A DNA stretch of 64,000 bases from NCBI GenBank assembly GCA_977017575.1, contig CDRNVI010000145.1, positions 1 through 64,000 of the forward strand, in the 5' to 3' direction. The position numbers and the translations under genes are program-made. This DNA comes from Paramoeba atlantica (taxonomy: Eukaryota > Protista > Discosea). Positions 1-12,792 of this stretch are shown here, piece after piece (position 1 is the first letter of the stretch; each line of letters opens with the position of its first letter). A model generated the notes under the pieces. That model ran no database searches, was not told where the DNA came from, and saw only the letters and a list, made by a program, of their open reading frames with translations.

Positions 1-292
1 CCACAATGGTTTCAAACGACGAATTGGAGGTTGGCATTAAAAAAAAAAAAACAAAAAATACAAAAAATACACAAAAAAAATACACCAAAAATACACAAAA
101 AAAAAACAAAAAAAACAAAAAAAAACAAATAAAAAACAAAAAAAAACAAAACTCTAGAATCTAAAGATTTCCATAAAGGTTTCAAACGACGAATTGGAGG
201 TTGATTTAGTCCGCTTACAACTGCTGCGCATCCCTCAAAATTGTGCATCTTGAAGAGAGAAGAGAGAAAGAGAGAGTGGAAGAGAAGAGAGG

Positions 293-323
<31 letters not shown>

Positions 324-461
324 GGGGAAGAGAGAGAGAGAGAAGAGAGAAAGAGAAGAGAGAAAGAGAAGAGAGAAAGAGAAAGAGAGAAAGAGAGAGT
401 GAAAGAGAAGAGAGAGAGAGAAGAGAGAAAGAGAGAGAGAGAGAGAGAAGAGAGAGAGAAG

Positions 462-497
<36 letters not shown>

Positions 498-3400
498 AGA
501 GAGAGAAAGAGAAAGAGAGAAATAAATAAAAATTTGTTCCTTGATTTTTTTCGATTAAACAAAAACATCAAATTCCGATTTCTCTCTTCAGAAGAAGAAA
601 TACAAAAAAAAAAAGAGATATTTTGTTTCATTGATTTATTTATTTTTATTTATTTATTTTTATTAATTAATTTATTTTTATTTTTATTTTTTTAATAATA
701 ATTAATAAAAAAGAAAAAAACCTTTAAAAGATGGTTAGCAAGCTTAATCATAAACATCAAATTCCGATTTCTCTCTCCAGAAGAAGAAATACAAAAAAAA
801 AGAGATATTTTGTTTCATTGATATTATTTATTTTATTTATTTTATTTTATTAATTAATTTAGATTTATTTTTTATTTTTTTAAGATTAATATAATAATAA
901 AAAGAAAGAAAAAGAAAGAAAAAAACCTTTAAAAGATGGTTAGCAAGCTTAATCATAAACATCAAATTCCGATTTCTCTCTTCAGAAGAATCACAAAAAA
1001 GAAGCGATTCGACAACCATTGACGAAATTCGATTGAATGTTTCGCTCATTGCCAGAATGTTTGGCGATCGAAGATATTTTTCTTGTTTCTATTTTGTTTT
1101 TTTTAATTTATTCATTGTTATTTTTTTATTCTTTTTTTAATGAAATAATTATGAAATGGAAAAATTATTGTCGAAAATAATAATAATATTTTCATTTTAT
1201 ATAAAAAGAGTTTACATTTCAAAACAATTCTTCAAAAAAAATAATAATAAAAAATAATAAAAAAAAAAAGAAAAAAAAGAAAATAAAAAATAAAATAAAA
1301 AATAAAATAAAAAATAAAAAAAACCTCCCAAAAACCATCAAAAAACTCTTCAGGTTTGATATTTTTATAAGATTGAAACATAATCAAAGTCAATAATTGT
1401 GCGACATGTTGACTTGATCCGCACAAACTTAAACTCATTCCTTTCCAAATCTGTTGTTTCATGATTTAATATTTATTTAATTAATTAAATATTTTGTTAA
1501 TAATTCATTTTTAATGATTCATTTCTTAATAATTTAATTATGAATAATCGAAATAATTATTATTTAAGATTGAAACATAATCGAAGTCAATATTTGTGCG
1601 ACGTGTTGGCTTGATCCGCACAAACTTAAACTCATTCCTTTCCAAATCTGTTGTTTCATGATTTAATTTCATGATTTAATATTTATTTAATTAATTAAAT
1701 ATTTTGTTAATAACTCATTTGTAATAATTCATTTCTTCATAATTTAATAATTAATCTAAATAATTATTAGAAAGTCAATATTTGTGCGACGTGTTGACTT
1801 GATCCACACAAACTCAAACTCATTCCTTTCCAAATCTATTTTTTCTTATTTGAATTTTTTTTGATTTAATTTTAATAAAATTGAATTAGAAAAAAAATGT
1901 ACCAAAAGTTGGGAGAGTTGAGGGTTGAGGGTATCTAAAAACGTTTCAATTTCTCTAAAAAATAAGAGGAGTGAGAAAAAAGAAAGGAGAAAGAAAAGAA
2001 AGAAAGAGAAAGAAAGAGAAAAAAAGAGAAAGATAAGAGAGAAAGATAAGAGAGAAAGAAAAGAGAGAAAGAAAAGAGAGAAAGAAAAAAAAAGAAAGAA
2101 AGAAAGAAAAGAGAGAAAAGAAAAGAAAGAAAAGAGAGAAAAGAAAAGAGAAAAAAAGAAAAGAAAAAAGAAAAGAAAAAAGAAAAGAAAAAAATAACTG
2201 TGACAAAGGAGGATTAAAAGTTCGATAATAAGGAGTTAAAATTTTTCTCCAAGTAAGAACAATTTTTACAACTTCTTCTTTCGGAGGATCTTCTTCTTCT
2301 TCTTCTTCTTTTTGGACAATTTCTTTCATTGTCTCTAATAATTGAAACTATTTTGTTTGTTTTTTGAGCAAGGAAAAAAAAAGAATGAAAAATGAAAAAA
2401 GAAAAGAAAAGAAAAAAAAAGAAAAGAAGAAAGAAAAGAAAGAAAAACAAAAAATAAAATAAAAAAAAAAACCAAAAAAAAAAATAAACAAAAAAAAAAA
2501 AACCTGATCAATCTCAAAAGTCTGTTCAAAACCGATAAAAAAACTCTCAACTTTCTCAGAAGAAGAAGACAAATCAATCAAATAACGAACAATTTCGAGA
2601 AAAGAATCACAACGAAATCGAGAAGAAGAGAGAGAGAGAGGAGAGAGAGAGAGGTTCTTTTGGGGGGAGAGAGTGGTGTTTGATGAGTAAGAGAGAGGAG
2701 AAGAGAGAGGGGAGAAGGGAGAAGAGAGAGAAGATTGCTGGTGGTGGTGGTGAATAGTAGTAGAAGAAGAAGACAAAGAACAAGTAGAAGAAGAAGAAGA
2801 AGAACGAACAGAAGAAGAAGAACGAACAGAAGAAGAAGAATGAGAAGAAGAAGAATGAGGATGAGAAGAAGAATGAGGATGAGAAGAAAAATGAGAAGAA
2901 GAAGAAGAGAAAGGAAGAGGAGGAGCAGATCTCTTTCTCGAAGAAACAACCTCTCCTCCTCCTCTCGGATCACAAGGACTACTCGATTTCGATTTTTTCA
3001 CCAGATCACAATCTCTCTCTTCTCTCTCTCCTCTCTCTTCATTTACTCTCCCCTTCTTCCCCTTCTTCCCTTTCTCCTCTCTCTCCCCCTTTCCTCCTTT
3101 CTCTCCCTTTCCTCCTTTCTCTCCCTTTCCTCCTCTCTCTCCCTTTCCTCCTCTCTCCCCCTTTCCTTCTCTCCTTTCTTTAGACGGAGAAGAAGACACT
3201 TCAACTTCTCGAGAATTTCCAGAACTTTTCCAAGTTCGAGAAGATCCTGAGAATTCTGGAGGGGGGAGATCTTTTTCCTGGAAGACAATTTTTTATTTTT
3301 GTGTAGAGGGGAAAGGAGAGAGAGAGAGAGAGAGAAAAGAGGGGGGAGAGAAGGGGGAGAGAAAAGAGGGGGGAGAAAGGAGAGAAAGAAAAAGAGAGGA

Positions 3401-4082
3401 GAAAAAAGGAGGAGAAAGAAGAAGGGAAAGAGAAAAGAAAGAGAGAGAGAGAGAAAGAAAGAGGAGAGAGAAAGAGAGACCCAAGAACGAGAAGCACCAC
3501 TCCCAAAGGGGAGAGGGAGACTAAAAGAGAGAAAAGAGGAGAGAAAGGAGAGAGGAGAGAGGAGAAAAAAGAGGAGAGAAAAGAAAGAGAGAGAGAAGAG
3601 AGAAAGAGAGACCCAAGAACGAGAAACGCACTCCCAAAGATCGAAAATCGACTCTTTTTCTTTTTATGAAGAATAAAAGAAGATTTTTTTCTTTTCTTTG
3701 CAAACCCTTGGACATGGAGGATGAAAGGGAAAGGGGAAAGAGAAGAGAGAGGAAGAGAGAGAAAAGAGAAAGAGATACCCAAGAACGAGAAGCACCACTC
3801 CCAAAGATCGAAAATCGACTCTTTTTCTTTTTGTGAAGAAAAGAAGATTTCTTTTTCTTTTCTTGACAACTCTTGGTCATGGAGGATGGAGGGGAAATCT
3901 CTTCCCCTCTGTCACTCTCCTAAAAAAAAAGAAAGAAAGAATCAGAAAGGAAAAAAAAGAAAAAGAAAAAGAAAAAGAAAAAGAAAAAGAAAAAGAAAAA
4001 GAAAGAGAAAGAGAAAGAGAAAGAGAGAGAGAGAAAAAAAAAAAAAAAAAAAAACCCCAGAAGATCTCTTACTCCTCCTCAT
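1..4082 (-). CDS. RasGEF (REM + CDC25 domain) gene, copy 1; multi-exon, 3' end runs off the window; carries internal partial exon duplications
   Basis: Exon peptides FRCDSFLEIVRYL..FFIGFEQTF (REM-like), AQLLTLIMFQSYKNIKPEEF, FNRISSMVVESLL and HNFEGCAAVVSGLNQPPIRRLKPLW match the CDC25 motifs QLTL..F..I...E, FN..S..V and NF....A+...L....I.RL..TW. Putative ATG at 4082 (MRRSKRSSG|gt) is less certain. Confidence 0.85.
255..520. repeat. GA-rich microsatellite/low-complexity intron tract (similar tracts at ~1975-2195, 3315-3620, 3950-4050)
   Basis: Near-pure (GA)n/(GAAA)n runs inside introns; source of the spurious R/E/K- and S/L/F-rich ORFs. Confidence 0.9.
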
Positions 4083-4761
4083 TTGTTGAATAAAATCTTT
4101 TTCTCTCGTTTTTTTTTTTCCCCAAAACCAAAAACCAAAAAAACAAAAATACAAAAAAAATTTTCTCAACCAAACAACGCTCTTTTTCCCCAAACCAAAA
4201 AATCAAACAAAAAACAACAACAAAACAAACCAAAAAAAACAGAAGTTTTTCTCAACCCAATGTTCTTTTTCCCCAAAACCAAAAACCAAACAAACAAAAC
4301 AAAACCAAAAAAAACAGAAGTTTTTCCCACAACCCAACGTTCTTTTTCCCAAACCAAAAAAAACCAAAAAAAAAACCAAAAAAAAGAATTTGGAAGAGGG
4401 ATTTTTCGGCTCACCGGAATTTCCATTTTTGAAATTTCAGGGGAATTTCGAAGAAAAATTTGCGGGGATTTTTCTCTTTTACCCTTATTTGGGTTGTTGT
4501 TTTTTTCTTTGACTTTTTTTAGATTTTTAGATTTTTCTGTTCCGCTGAGAACAGTATCACAAGAATCTGGCTCGAAAAAAAGAGGACAACAGTTTTTCTT
4601 TTTGATTCTTTTCTTTCTTTTCATCAAGAGAAAAATGGAAATTCATTTTTCCTGAAAGGAAGGAAGATAATATTTTTATAAATAGTTTTTTTTTTTTTTT
4701 AAACACAGCCCTCTCAAAAACAGAGAGTTATCGGTTTCCCTCAACTCTTTTTGTCTTCCGT

Positions 4762-7395
4762 CTAAAATTTTGGTGAGACTTTTGTTCCTTGTTCTTTTTT
4801 CGGAGTCTCAAATAAAGAAAGAGATCGTTTGTAACAAATTTCCTGAACATATAAAAATAAGAACAGAAGCAAGGAGAAAATAAAAAAAAGAGAAAAAAAC
4901 CTCAGGAACTGAACGTTTTTGGAAAAATCCAAACAACAAAGAATTTTCACATTCAGGCAATGGATAGGGAAATTGTTGATATTGTAAAAACAAGTTGATT
5001 GATTCTCCAATTTTCTGTTTTTTTTTTTTGTTAAATTCTTTTTTCAAGACTAAATTACAAAAAACAAAAAAATGAAAAAGAAACCATGAGATAAGGTAAA
5101 TTAACAAATCCTTCTTCTGTTTTTGGCTGATTTCCATCGTACAGATATCTTAACTCTCTCAACTGTCAAATTTGTTTTAAAACAACAATGAAAAGATCAA
5201 ATCTTGAAAAATAAAAAGAAAATCAAAAAAAAAGAAAGAGAAAAATACCTTTGGAGCAAACCAAGGAAGAAGAGGTGGTTCTGAAGACTGGAACACATTT
5301 TGATAGTTTTTAAAATTCGATTCAGGAGATAAAATTTCATCCAACAATTCAAATCTCTTTTTGTACTATTTTTTTGTTTTCCATAAATCATTAATATTAA
5401 ACAATTTAAATTCACAAACAAAAAAGAGAAAAAAGAAAGGGAGAAAAATCAAAACTCTCAAATTCAAAGATTCCCACAATGGTTTGAAACGTTGAATTGA
5501 AGATTGATTCAATCCACTTATTACAGCTGCACCTCCCTCAAAATTTCGAAGCTTGTAAAAAAAAAAGGAGTCAAATTTAGAGAGAAAAAAGAGAAACAAA
5601 AGAAGAAACAAAAAAGAAGAAAACCTTGAAAAGTTTGGTTGCAAGTTTGATCATAAACATTAAATTCTGAGAACGATTTTCAGACTCACAAAATAGGATT
5701 GATTCAACAACCATTGATGAAATTCGATTGAATATTTCACTCATTGCCATAATATTTGGTGATCGAATATATTTCTCTCTTTTCTATTTGTAAAATAATA
5801 ATAAAAAAAAAGAGTCAAAGAAAGAAAAACATCAAAAAGAAAAGAAAAAAAAAGGAAAAAAAACCTGCCAAAAACTATCATAAAATTCATGAGGTCTTAA
5901 ATCTTTGTATCTTCGAAACATAAAGGAAGTTAACGTTTGTGCAACATGACGACTCGTTCCACAAGAACTCAAACTCATTCTTCCTTTCCAGATCTATTTT
6001 TCAACAAAAGAAAAAAATCAATAAGAATTTCTGAGGAGCTTAGGAACTCAGGATCTCAGAAGCTCAGGATCTCAAAGAGATCCGCCCTCAACCTCAATTC
6101 AAAGGTTTATCCAATCCAATAGAAAAAGATGTGTTTAGGGTTGGTGGGTTGTTTGAAATATTTGAAGGAAAGAAAAAGAAGAGAAAGAAAAAAAGAAGAA
6201 AAAAAGGACCAAAGTTGATTCGAAAGGGGTTGATTCCAAAGAATCCAAAAATTCTTCAATTGCTCTATTTTTGACAACAAGGTCAATACCCAAAGAATGA
6301 AAGAAAGAAAAAAAGAAAAAAGAAAATGAAAGAAAAACTTGGATAAAAGGGGATTAAAAGTTTGATAAAAAGATGTTAAAGTTTTTCTCCAAGAAAGAAC
6401 AATTTGAATAATTTGTTCTTTCTTTTCGTTTTGTTGTTCCTCTCCTTCTTTTGTGATTATCATCTCTTTCATTGTTTCCAAAAGTTTAAACTATTTTTTG
6501 ATTTTGAGTAATTGGGAATCGTTCATGAGTTGTTTTTTTTTGTGAAAGAGAGGGAGAGGAGAGGAGAGGAGAAAAGAGAAAAAAACCTGATCAATATCAA
6601 AAAAAGATTGTTCAAAACCAATAAAAAAAATCTCGATTTTCTCTGGAGATAAACCAACCAAATAATTTATAATCTCCAAATATGAATCACAACGAAATTG
6701 GGATTCGCTTTCTTCCTCTTCAAAACTCGAAAGAGACAACATGGGATATCGAGGAGAAGGACTTGAAAAAATAGATTTCAAATGGGGAGAAAGAGCTATA
6801 AATGGACTTGGAGAAGAACGGGGAGGAGAGGGAGAATAATGGCCAGAGTGGACAGAAGGAGAAAAACGAGGAGATTGATGAACGGAGTTTGGTTTGGATG
6901 GAGGAAAAGAAGAACTGGGAGTATAGGCAGATTGGGCAGAAGAAGGAAAAGGAAAAGAGTGGTGTGAATTTGGGTCAGAAGCAGAACGAGCAGAGGAGAC
7001 CTTTTTTTCTTCTTGTTGGTAAGAAGGTTTTTTAAGGCACATTTTTCTTCGAAAGCTCTTTTGAACTTCCTCTTTGGTCTTAGATTTGGAGGTGGTTTCA
7101 GGGGGTTGTTCATCAAAATCAAAGATTCCTTTTGGTTGAAGAGGTGGTGTTGAAGAAGGCTGTGGAAGAGGTGTAAAATTTTCCATGAGAAGATCTTTCT
7201 CCTGTGTTGTGAAAGAAAGGGTGAGGAAAACAAGAAAAAAGAATCAAACAACAACAAAAATTGAAATACCCAAGAACGTGAAGGTTGGCCAAAAGGAGGA
7301 CATTCATTCTTTCTTTTGGGGGGAGAAGTGTTACAACCAAGAAAATCAGGACGGAAGCGGGAATGGAGAGCCGTTTTTCGATTCAACTTGTCCAT
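4762..7395 (-). CDS. RasGEF (REM + CDC25) gene, copy 2, apparently complete
   Basis: ATG 7395 (MDKLNRK..PSRSW|gt); exons FRCDSYLEIINYL, FNRISSMVVESIL, LRNFEGGAAVISGLNQSSIQRFKPLW, SNFKNYQNVFQSSEPPLLPWFAPK|LRELRYLYDGNQ..GFVNL and EICYKRSLSLFE; stop at 4762-4764. Confidence 0.9.
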
Positions 7396-7480
7396 TGCTT
7401 GAAACAGACAAAAGAAAAAAACAGAATAACCAGACAAGTTTCAGGGGCTAGGATCACAAATTGCTTCAAAACAATCACAA

Positions 7481-7740
7481 CCAGAAGTCCAAAGCCCTCT
7501 CCCAGTGTCTCCGTTTGCACTGTTCTGCGGTCGTTCCGGTCCCAAAAAAAGCAACAAAACAAGACCAACAAACAGACAAAAGAAAAAAACAGAAAAAACA
7601 GACAACCCACCCAGAAGTCCAAAGCCCTCTCCCAGTATCTCCGTTTGCACTGTTCTGCGGTCGTTCCGGTCTCAAAAAAGCAACAAAACAAGACGACCAA
7701 CAAAACACCAAAACAAGAAAAAAGCGCAATGGGTCCAAAA
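7481..7740. repeat. 130-bp two-copy tandem duplication upstream of RasGEF copy 2
   Basis: ccagaagtccaaagccctctcccagt[g/a]tctccgtttgcactgttctgcggtcgttccggtc starts at 7481 and at 7611; the period is not a multiple of 3. Confidence 0.9.
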
Positions 7741-8356
7741 ACAAAAAAGGAAAACAAAACGTGCCTTCTCAAAAAACAAAAACGCTTATTACCAAAAGTT
7801 GAAGCGTTGAATTAGGTTAGAAATTTTTTGGAATGAGGCGTTTTTGTTTTTGCCAAATCAAAAATAGGGTTCAAAAACGTATTAATAGGGTCCAAAAAAA
7901 ATTAGCCCAAATGATTTCCCTAAAATTTTTTTCCCCGCACACTAGAAATGGATGAATGGATAAAATAAAAGGATGGTTTGATAATTGAATGGATGATTTG
8001 AGAGAGATTTTTGGATTCAAGGGGTTGGTTGATTCTTTTTTTTGAAATCTTTTTATTTACAATGACTTTTTATTTTCGACACACCAAAATTTCTTTTTTT
8101 TCGTTCTTTCTTTCGATCAGTTGAGTTGTACTACTTTCAAGCCTCAAACAGATCAATCACAGGAAGACTCGAGATGGTTTACAAGGCCTTTTTAGAAAAA
8201 GGAAAACTAAAAAAGAAAACACGTCTTTCTTCAAGAACAAGAACGTTCAACGGACACTTACAAATAAAGACATTCAAAACAAGACAACCCCTCAGGTTCA
8301 AATCCCAAACAAACAAACATTCTTTCAAAACACTTCAGGTGACAACCCAATACAAT

Positions 8357-11079
8357 CTAACCCTTCTCAAGTAAAGAAAGAGATTGTTTGTAACAAATTT
8401 CCTAAACATTTTCCATCAAAATGATGTGAGTCTCGAAAAAAAAAAAAGGGTATTTTGAAAGAGAAAAAAACCTCAGAAATTGAACGTTTTTGTAAAAATT
8501 TCAACAATAATGTATTGTCAGGAGAATGGGGAAAATCGTACCAAAATTGTTGATATTGTAAAAACGAGTTGATTGATGATCCAATTTTCTGTTTTTGTTA
8601 CTTTTCGTTCAGTCCTTTTTCAAAACGAAATTTACAAAAAACAAAAAAATGAAAAAGAAACCATGAGATAAGGTAAGCTAACAAATCCTTCTTCTGTTTT
8701 TGCTTGATTCCCATCGTACAAATATCTTAACTCTCTCAACTGTTTAAATCATCAGTTGGTTTGAAAACAAAAAGAAAAATAATAGTAAAAAATAAATAAA
8801 AAAAAATAAAAAAAAAAGAGAAAAACACCTTTGGAGCAAACCAAGGAAGAAGAGGTGGTTCTGAAGAATGTAACAAATTTTGATAGTTTTTAAAATTCGA
8901 ATCAGGAGATAACATTTCTTCAAACAACTTAAATCTCTTTTTGTACTATTTTTGTTTTTATCAATATTTACAACAATTTAAATTCACAAACAAAAATAGA
9001 AAAAGAAAAAACAAAACTCTTGAATTCAAAAGTTTCCACAATGGTTTTAAACGTTGAATTGAAGATTGATTCAATCCACTTATTACAGCACCCCATCCCT
9101 CAAAATTTCGAAGCTTGTAAAAAAAAGAGTCAATTGAAAGAAGAGAAAGAAGAGAGAAAGAGAGAAACGAAAAAAGAAACAAAGAAAAAGAGAAAAAAAA
9201 GAAAAAAAGAAGAAAACCTTGAATAATTGAGTTGCAAGTTTGATCATAAGCATTAAATTCTGAGAACGATTTTCAGACTCACAAAATAGAATTGATTCAA
9301 CAACCATTGATGAAATTCGATTGAATATTTCGCTCATTGCCATAATATTTGGAGATCGAATATATTTCTCTTCTTTCTATTTGTCAAAAAAGTTCATTTA
9401 AAAGAGTCAAAGAAAGTAAAACATCATAGAAAAAAAAAGGAAAAAAACCTGCCAAAAACCATCATAAAATTCATGAGATCTTAAATCTTTGTATCGTTGG
9501 AACATCATGGAAGTTAACATTTGTGCAACATGACGACTCGTTCCACAAGAACTCAAACTCATTCTCCCTTTCCAACTCTATTTTTTTCAACAAAAAATTA
9601 AAAAATCTCCAAAAAGAGAATTCAAATAATCCCAGGAAAGACCTCAGGCATAAAAAAAAAAGAGAGAAAAAGATGTGTTTAGGGTTGGTGGGTTGTTTTA
9701 AATATTTGAAGGAAAGAAAAAGAAGAGAAAGAAAAAAAGAAGAAAAAAAGGACCAAAGTTGATTCGAAAGGGGTTGATTCAAAAGAATCCAGAAATTCTT
9801 CAATTGCTCTATTTTTGACAACAAGGTCAATCCAAAGAAAGAAAGAAAGAAAGAAAGAAAAAGAATAGAACTTGGATAAAAGGGGATTAAAAGTTTGATA
9901 AAATGGTGTCAATATTTTCCTCCAAGAAAGAACAATTTGAATAATTTGTTCTTTCTTTTCATTTTGTTGTTCCTCTCCTTCTTTTGTAATTATCATCTCT
10001 TTCATTGTTTCCAAAAGTTTAAACTATTTTTTGATTTGATTAATTGGGAATTGTTCAAAAAAAGAGAAAAGAGAGAGAAAAAGAAAAAGAGAAAGGAAAA
10101 GAAAAGAGAAAAGAGAAAAAAACTTGATCAATATCAAAAAAAGACTGTTCAAAACCAACAAAAAAATCCTTGATTTTCTCTGGAGATAAACCAACCAAAT
10201 AATTGAGAATATCCAAATATGAATCACAACGAAATTGACATTCGCTTTCTTCTTCTTCTTCAAAACTCGAAAGAGAGGGAGATGGAGGAGAAGAACTTTG
10301 ATTAGAAAAAATAGATTTCAAACGAGGAGAAAGAGCTACAAATGGACTTGAAGAAGAAGAAGGAACCACAAATGCACCAGAAGAAGAAGAAGAGAGAGGA
10401 GATCGACGAAAAGGCAATTTAGATGGAGGAGAAGAAGAAGAAGAAGAGGGAGAATCATAATCGGCTTGGACAGAAAAATATGGAGGTGATGGAGAATGAG
10501 AACGAGCAGAATCAGGTGCTTTGGTAAAACGAGGGGATTTACAAAAATATTCAGAAAGAGTAGAAGCAGAAGAGATTTTTTCTTCTTGGAGAGAAGGGAG
10601 TTTTTTCAGTAAAATTTTTTCCCGAAAGCTCTTTTGATCCTCCTCCTCTTTGATCTTTGATTTGATGGTGGTTTCAGGGGGCTGTTCATCAAAATCAAAG
10701 AAGTCTTTTTGTTGAAGAGATAGCGCTGAAGAAAATTGATTAATGTGAAGATCTTTGTCCTGTGTGTGGCGGAAAGAAAGTGTGAGGAAAACAAGAAAAA
10801 GTAATTGAAAAAAAATTGAACAAAAATATCTTACCCAAGAACGAGAAGTTGAGACAAAAGGAGGAATAAGTTCATTCTTTCTGTTGGGTGGAGTTTTACT
10901 CTCAAAAATAGATTTCAACCCTTTCTTTTTTGGGGGGGATTTTGAATCTCTCCTCCGCCCAGAAGGGGCCTAAAAAAAAACAAAAACCATTTTTCGATTT
11001 AGAATTCAAAAAGAGCTGAGAGATTTTGGGAGAACAAACTTACCGAATCAGAAAGTGAAACAGTAGGAAAACGTCTCAT
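8357..11079 (-). CDS. RasGEF (REM + CDC25) gene, copy 3, apparently complete
   Basis: ATG 11079 (MRRFPTVSLSDS|gtaagt), exon APSGRRRDSK..; same conserved RasGEF exons as copy 2; last exon EICYKQSLSLLEKG* with stop at 8357-8359. Confidence 0.9.
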
Positions 11080-11769
11080 TCCTCTCCGAAAACAAAAACC
11101 AAAAAAATGAACGTTCCAACCCCAACGTCTTGACGTTCCCGAAAACTCATCGAAATTTCAATGATATCCCACGAAAATTTATGATGTTTCCGAAATTTTT
11201 TGGCTTTTTGCGTCTGATGTGAAAATTAGTTCAAAAGAGATGAGTTCAAAAAAAATCACAAGGAAGAGGGGGCGTATCCTTCGTTCTTATCTGGTGATTG
11301 GACATCAGTGAACCATCTTGCTTGGGGAGATAGGATCCACACCTCTCGTCCCCCATCTCTGACGGCAACAAACACTGGTGGCATGATGACCTCAAGCAGC
11401 TCGAAGGTAACCGCCCTATCAGCTCCAAACCGACCCCCAGGTTCCGAAAAGAGAGAGGACCTTGCAGAAGACCGACTGAGAGCACCTGAAAAAATTCAAC
11501 ACTGTCAAAAAAGTGTCTCTCAAGTATCCCGAAAACCTCTCTGGTTGAGAACCATAGGATGTCCTAATTTTCAAAAAAATTTGAAGTCGTGACTTTTTTC
11601 TTTGTTTTTTTTTTTGAGTTTTGTGATTTTTCTTGTGGAAGCTGCTGTGTAGAGAAACAAAGAGAAAGTCTTTGACGATTAAATCGCAATCATTTTTAGT
11701 TTTTCTGACTCTACAACTCTTTCACCAAGAACGTGAACAACTCCTTCCTCCTCCCCCTCCTTATTATCC

Positions 11770-12738
11770 ATGGAAGACTCTCCCATTCAAAAAAAGAAAA
11801 GAAAGAAGAGGTCAGGACTTCTCAGACTGGTACGATATCTAAAAACGAATACAAAGCCAACATGGGAGCCCAACCCAAATTGTCTTCGTGTTAATAGCTC
11901 AGCTTATTTACAAGTTGAGCGACAGGGAAAGTGGTGTTATCGGGCCCATTTTCTCAAGGAAGTATTTACTCGCGATGAAATGAAGGATTTTCAACAAGCT
12001 CTGTTGGCCTGTCGTGAGACACATTGGGATCATTCAAATGACCCAACAAGAGGGGAGAGAGCCTTTATGTTTTGTGGTGAATGGAGGCAACGAGGTCACT
12101 CCACGATCCACCCTGCTGGAATTGGGGGGCGTTATGAAGCTGAAGTGAAGCCAGTTCTGCAACCTTGTCTTGAAAACCTTGGGCGAACACTTTCTCAGAG
12201 GGTTCAAAGATATCGACCAGATATTTGGAATTGTTTAGAGGAAAACAACTTGCTGGAACGAAATTTTGGAATCTTTCACTTATTTATGTGTCCTGCTGGA
12301 AGATCAATTATGCATTACGACAGGAATGATTTTATTTCTGTTTTGGTTATGATCCATTTGGATGATGACCAACAAGGTGGGCTTGAGATTGGGGGTATTG
12401 ATCTTGCTTTTAATTTAAAAATTGGGGATGTTCTCATTTTGGACACTGACCAACTGTGTCATGGAACAGAAGAAGGTTATGACGATAGTTTGGAAGATGT
12501 TTTGTCTGTTTCTGCAACCGATAGATTGGTTGGCCTTTTTATTATCCACCGATCTTATTTACGACTTTTTGGTGTTGATCCAAACACTCTTTGCCGGGAG
12601 AAAATTGAAGCTCTGACCATCCCTGTACCTCCTCCACTGAAAAAGAGAGAGAAAGTGGGGGAACAAACCCCCTCTTGTCCTTCTTATTGTAACAAACTCT
12701 CCTCCTCCTCAACAACCTCTCCTTTCTCCAAAAAATAA
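11770..12738 (+). CDS. TET/JBP-type 2OG-Fe(II) dioxygenase, 322 aa, single exon, N-terminal basic NLS-like stretch
   Basis: HxD (HYDRND, H at 12313), GGL-x-GDVLILD strand, distal His (LCHGT, 12460) and 2OG-binding Arg (DRLVGLF, 12523); KKKRKKR near the N-terminus; in-frame stop at 11734-11736 upstream of the ATG. Confidence 0.8.
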   Translation: MEDSPIQKKKRKKRSGLLRLVRYLKTNTKPTWEPNPNCLRVNSSAYLQVERQGKWCYRAHFLKEVFTRDEMKDFQQALLACRETHWDHSNDPTRGERAFMFCGEWRQRGHSTIHPAGIGGRYEAEVKPVLQPCLENLGRTLSQRVQRYRPDIWNCLEENNLLERNFGIFHLFMCPAGRSIMHYDRNDFISVLVMIHLDDDQQGGLEIGGIDLAFNLKIGDVLILDTDQLCHGTEEGYDDSLEDVLSVSATDRLVGLFIIHRSYLRLFGVDPNTLCREKIEALTIPVPPPLKKREKVGEQTPSCPSYCNKLSSSSTTSPFSKK

Positions 12739-12792
12739 AAATAAAATAAAAAGAGGAAAAAAATGGTTTGGGTTGTGTTTGTTTCTGTGGTT

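Noticed and set aside
215-4655. Many R/E/K-rich or F/L/S-rich ORFs (e.g. 243-695, 1925-2197, 3299-3676, 4083-4655)
   Set aside because: Translations of GA/A/T microsatellite introns or spacers, or antisense to real exons.
6020-6100. ggaactcaggatctcag mini-repeat, also at ~20840-20900
   Set aside because: Lies in the same intron of RasGEF copies 2 and 4; explained by paralogy.
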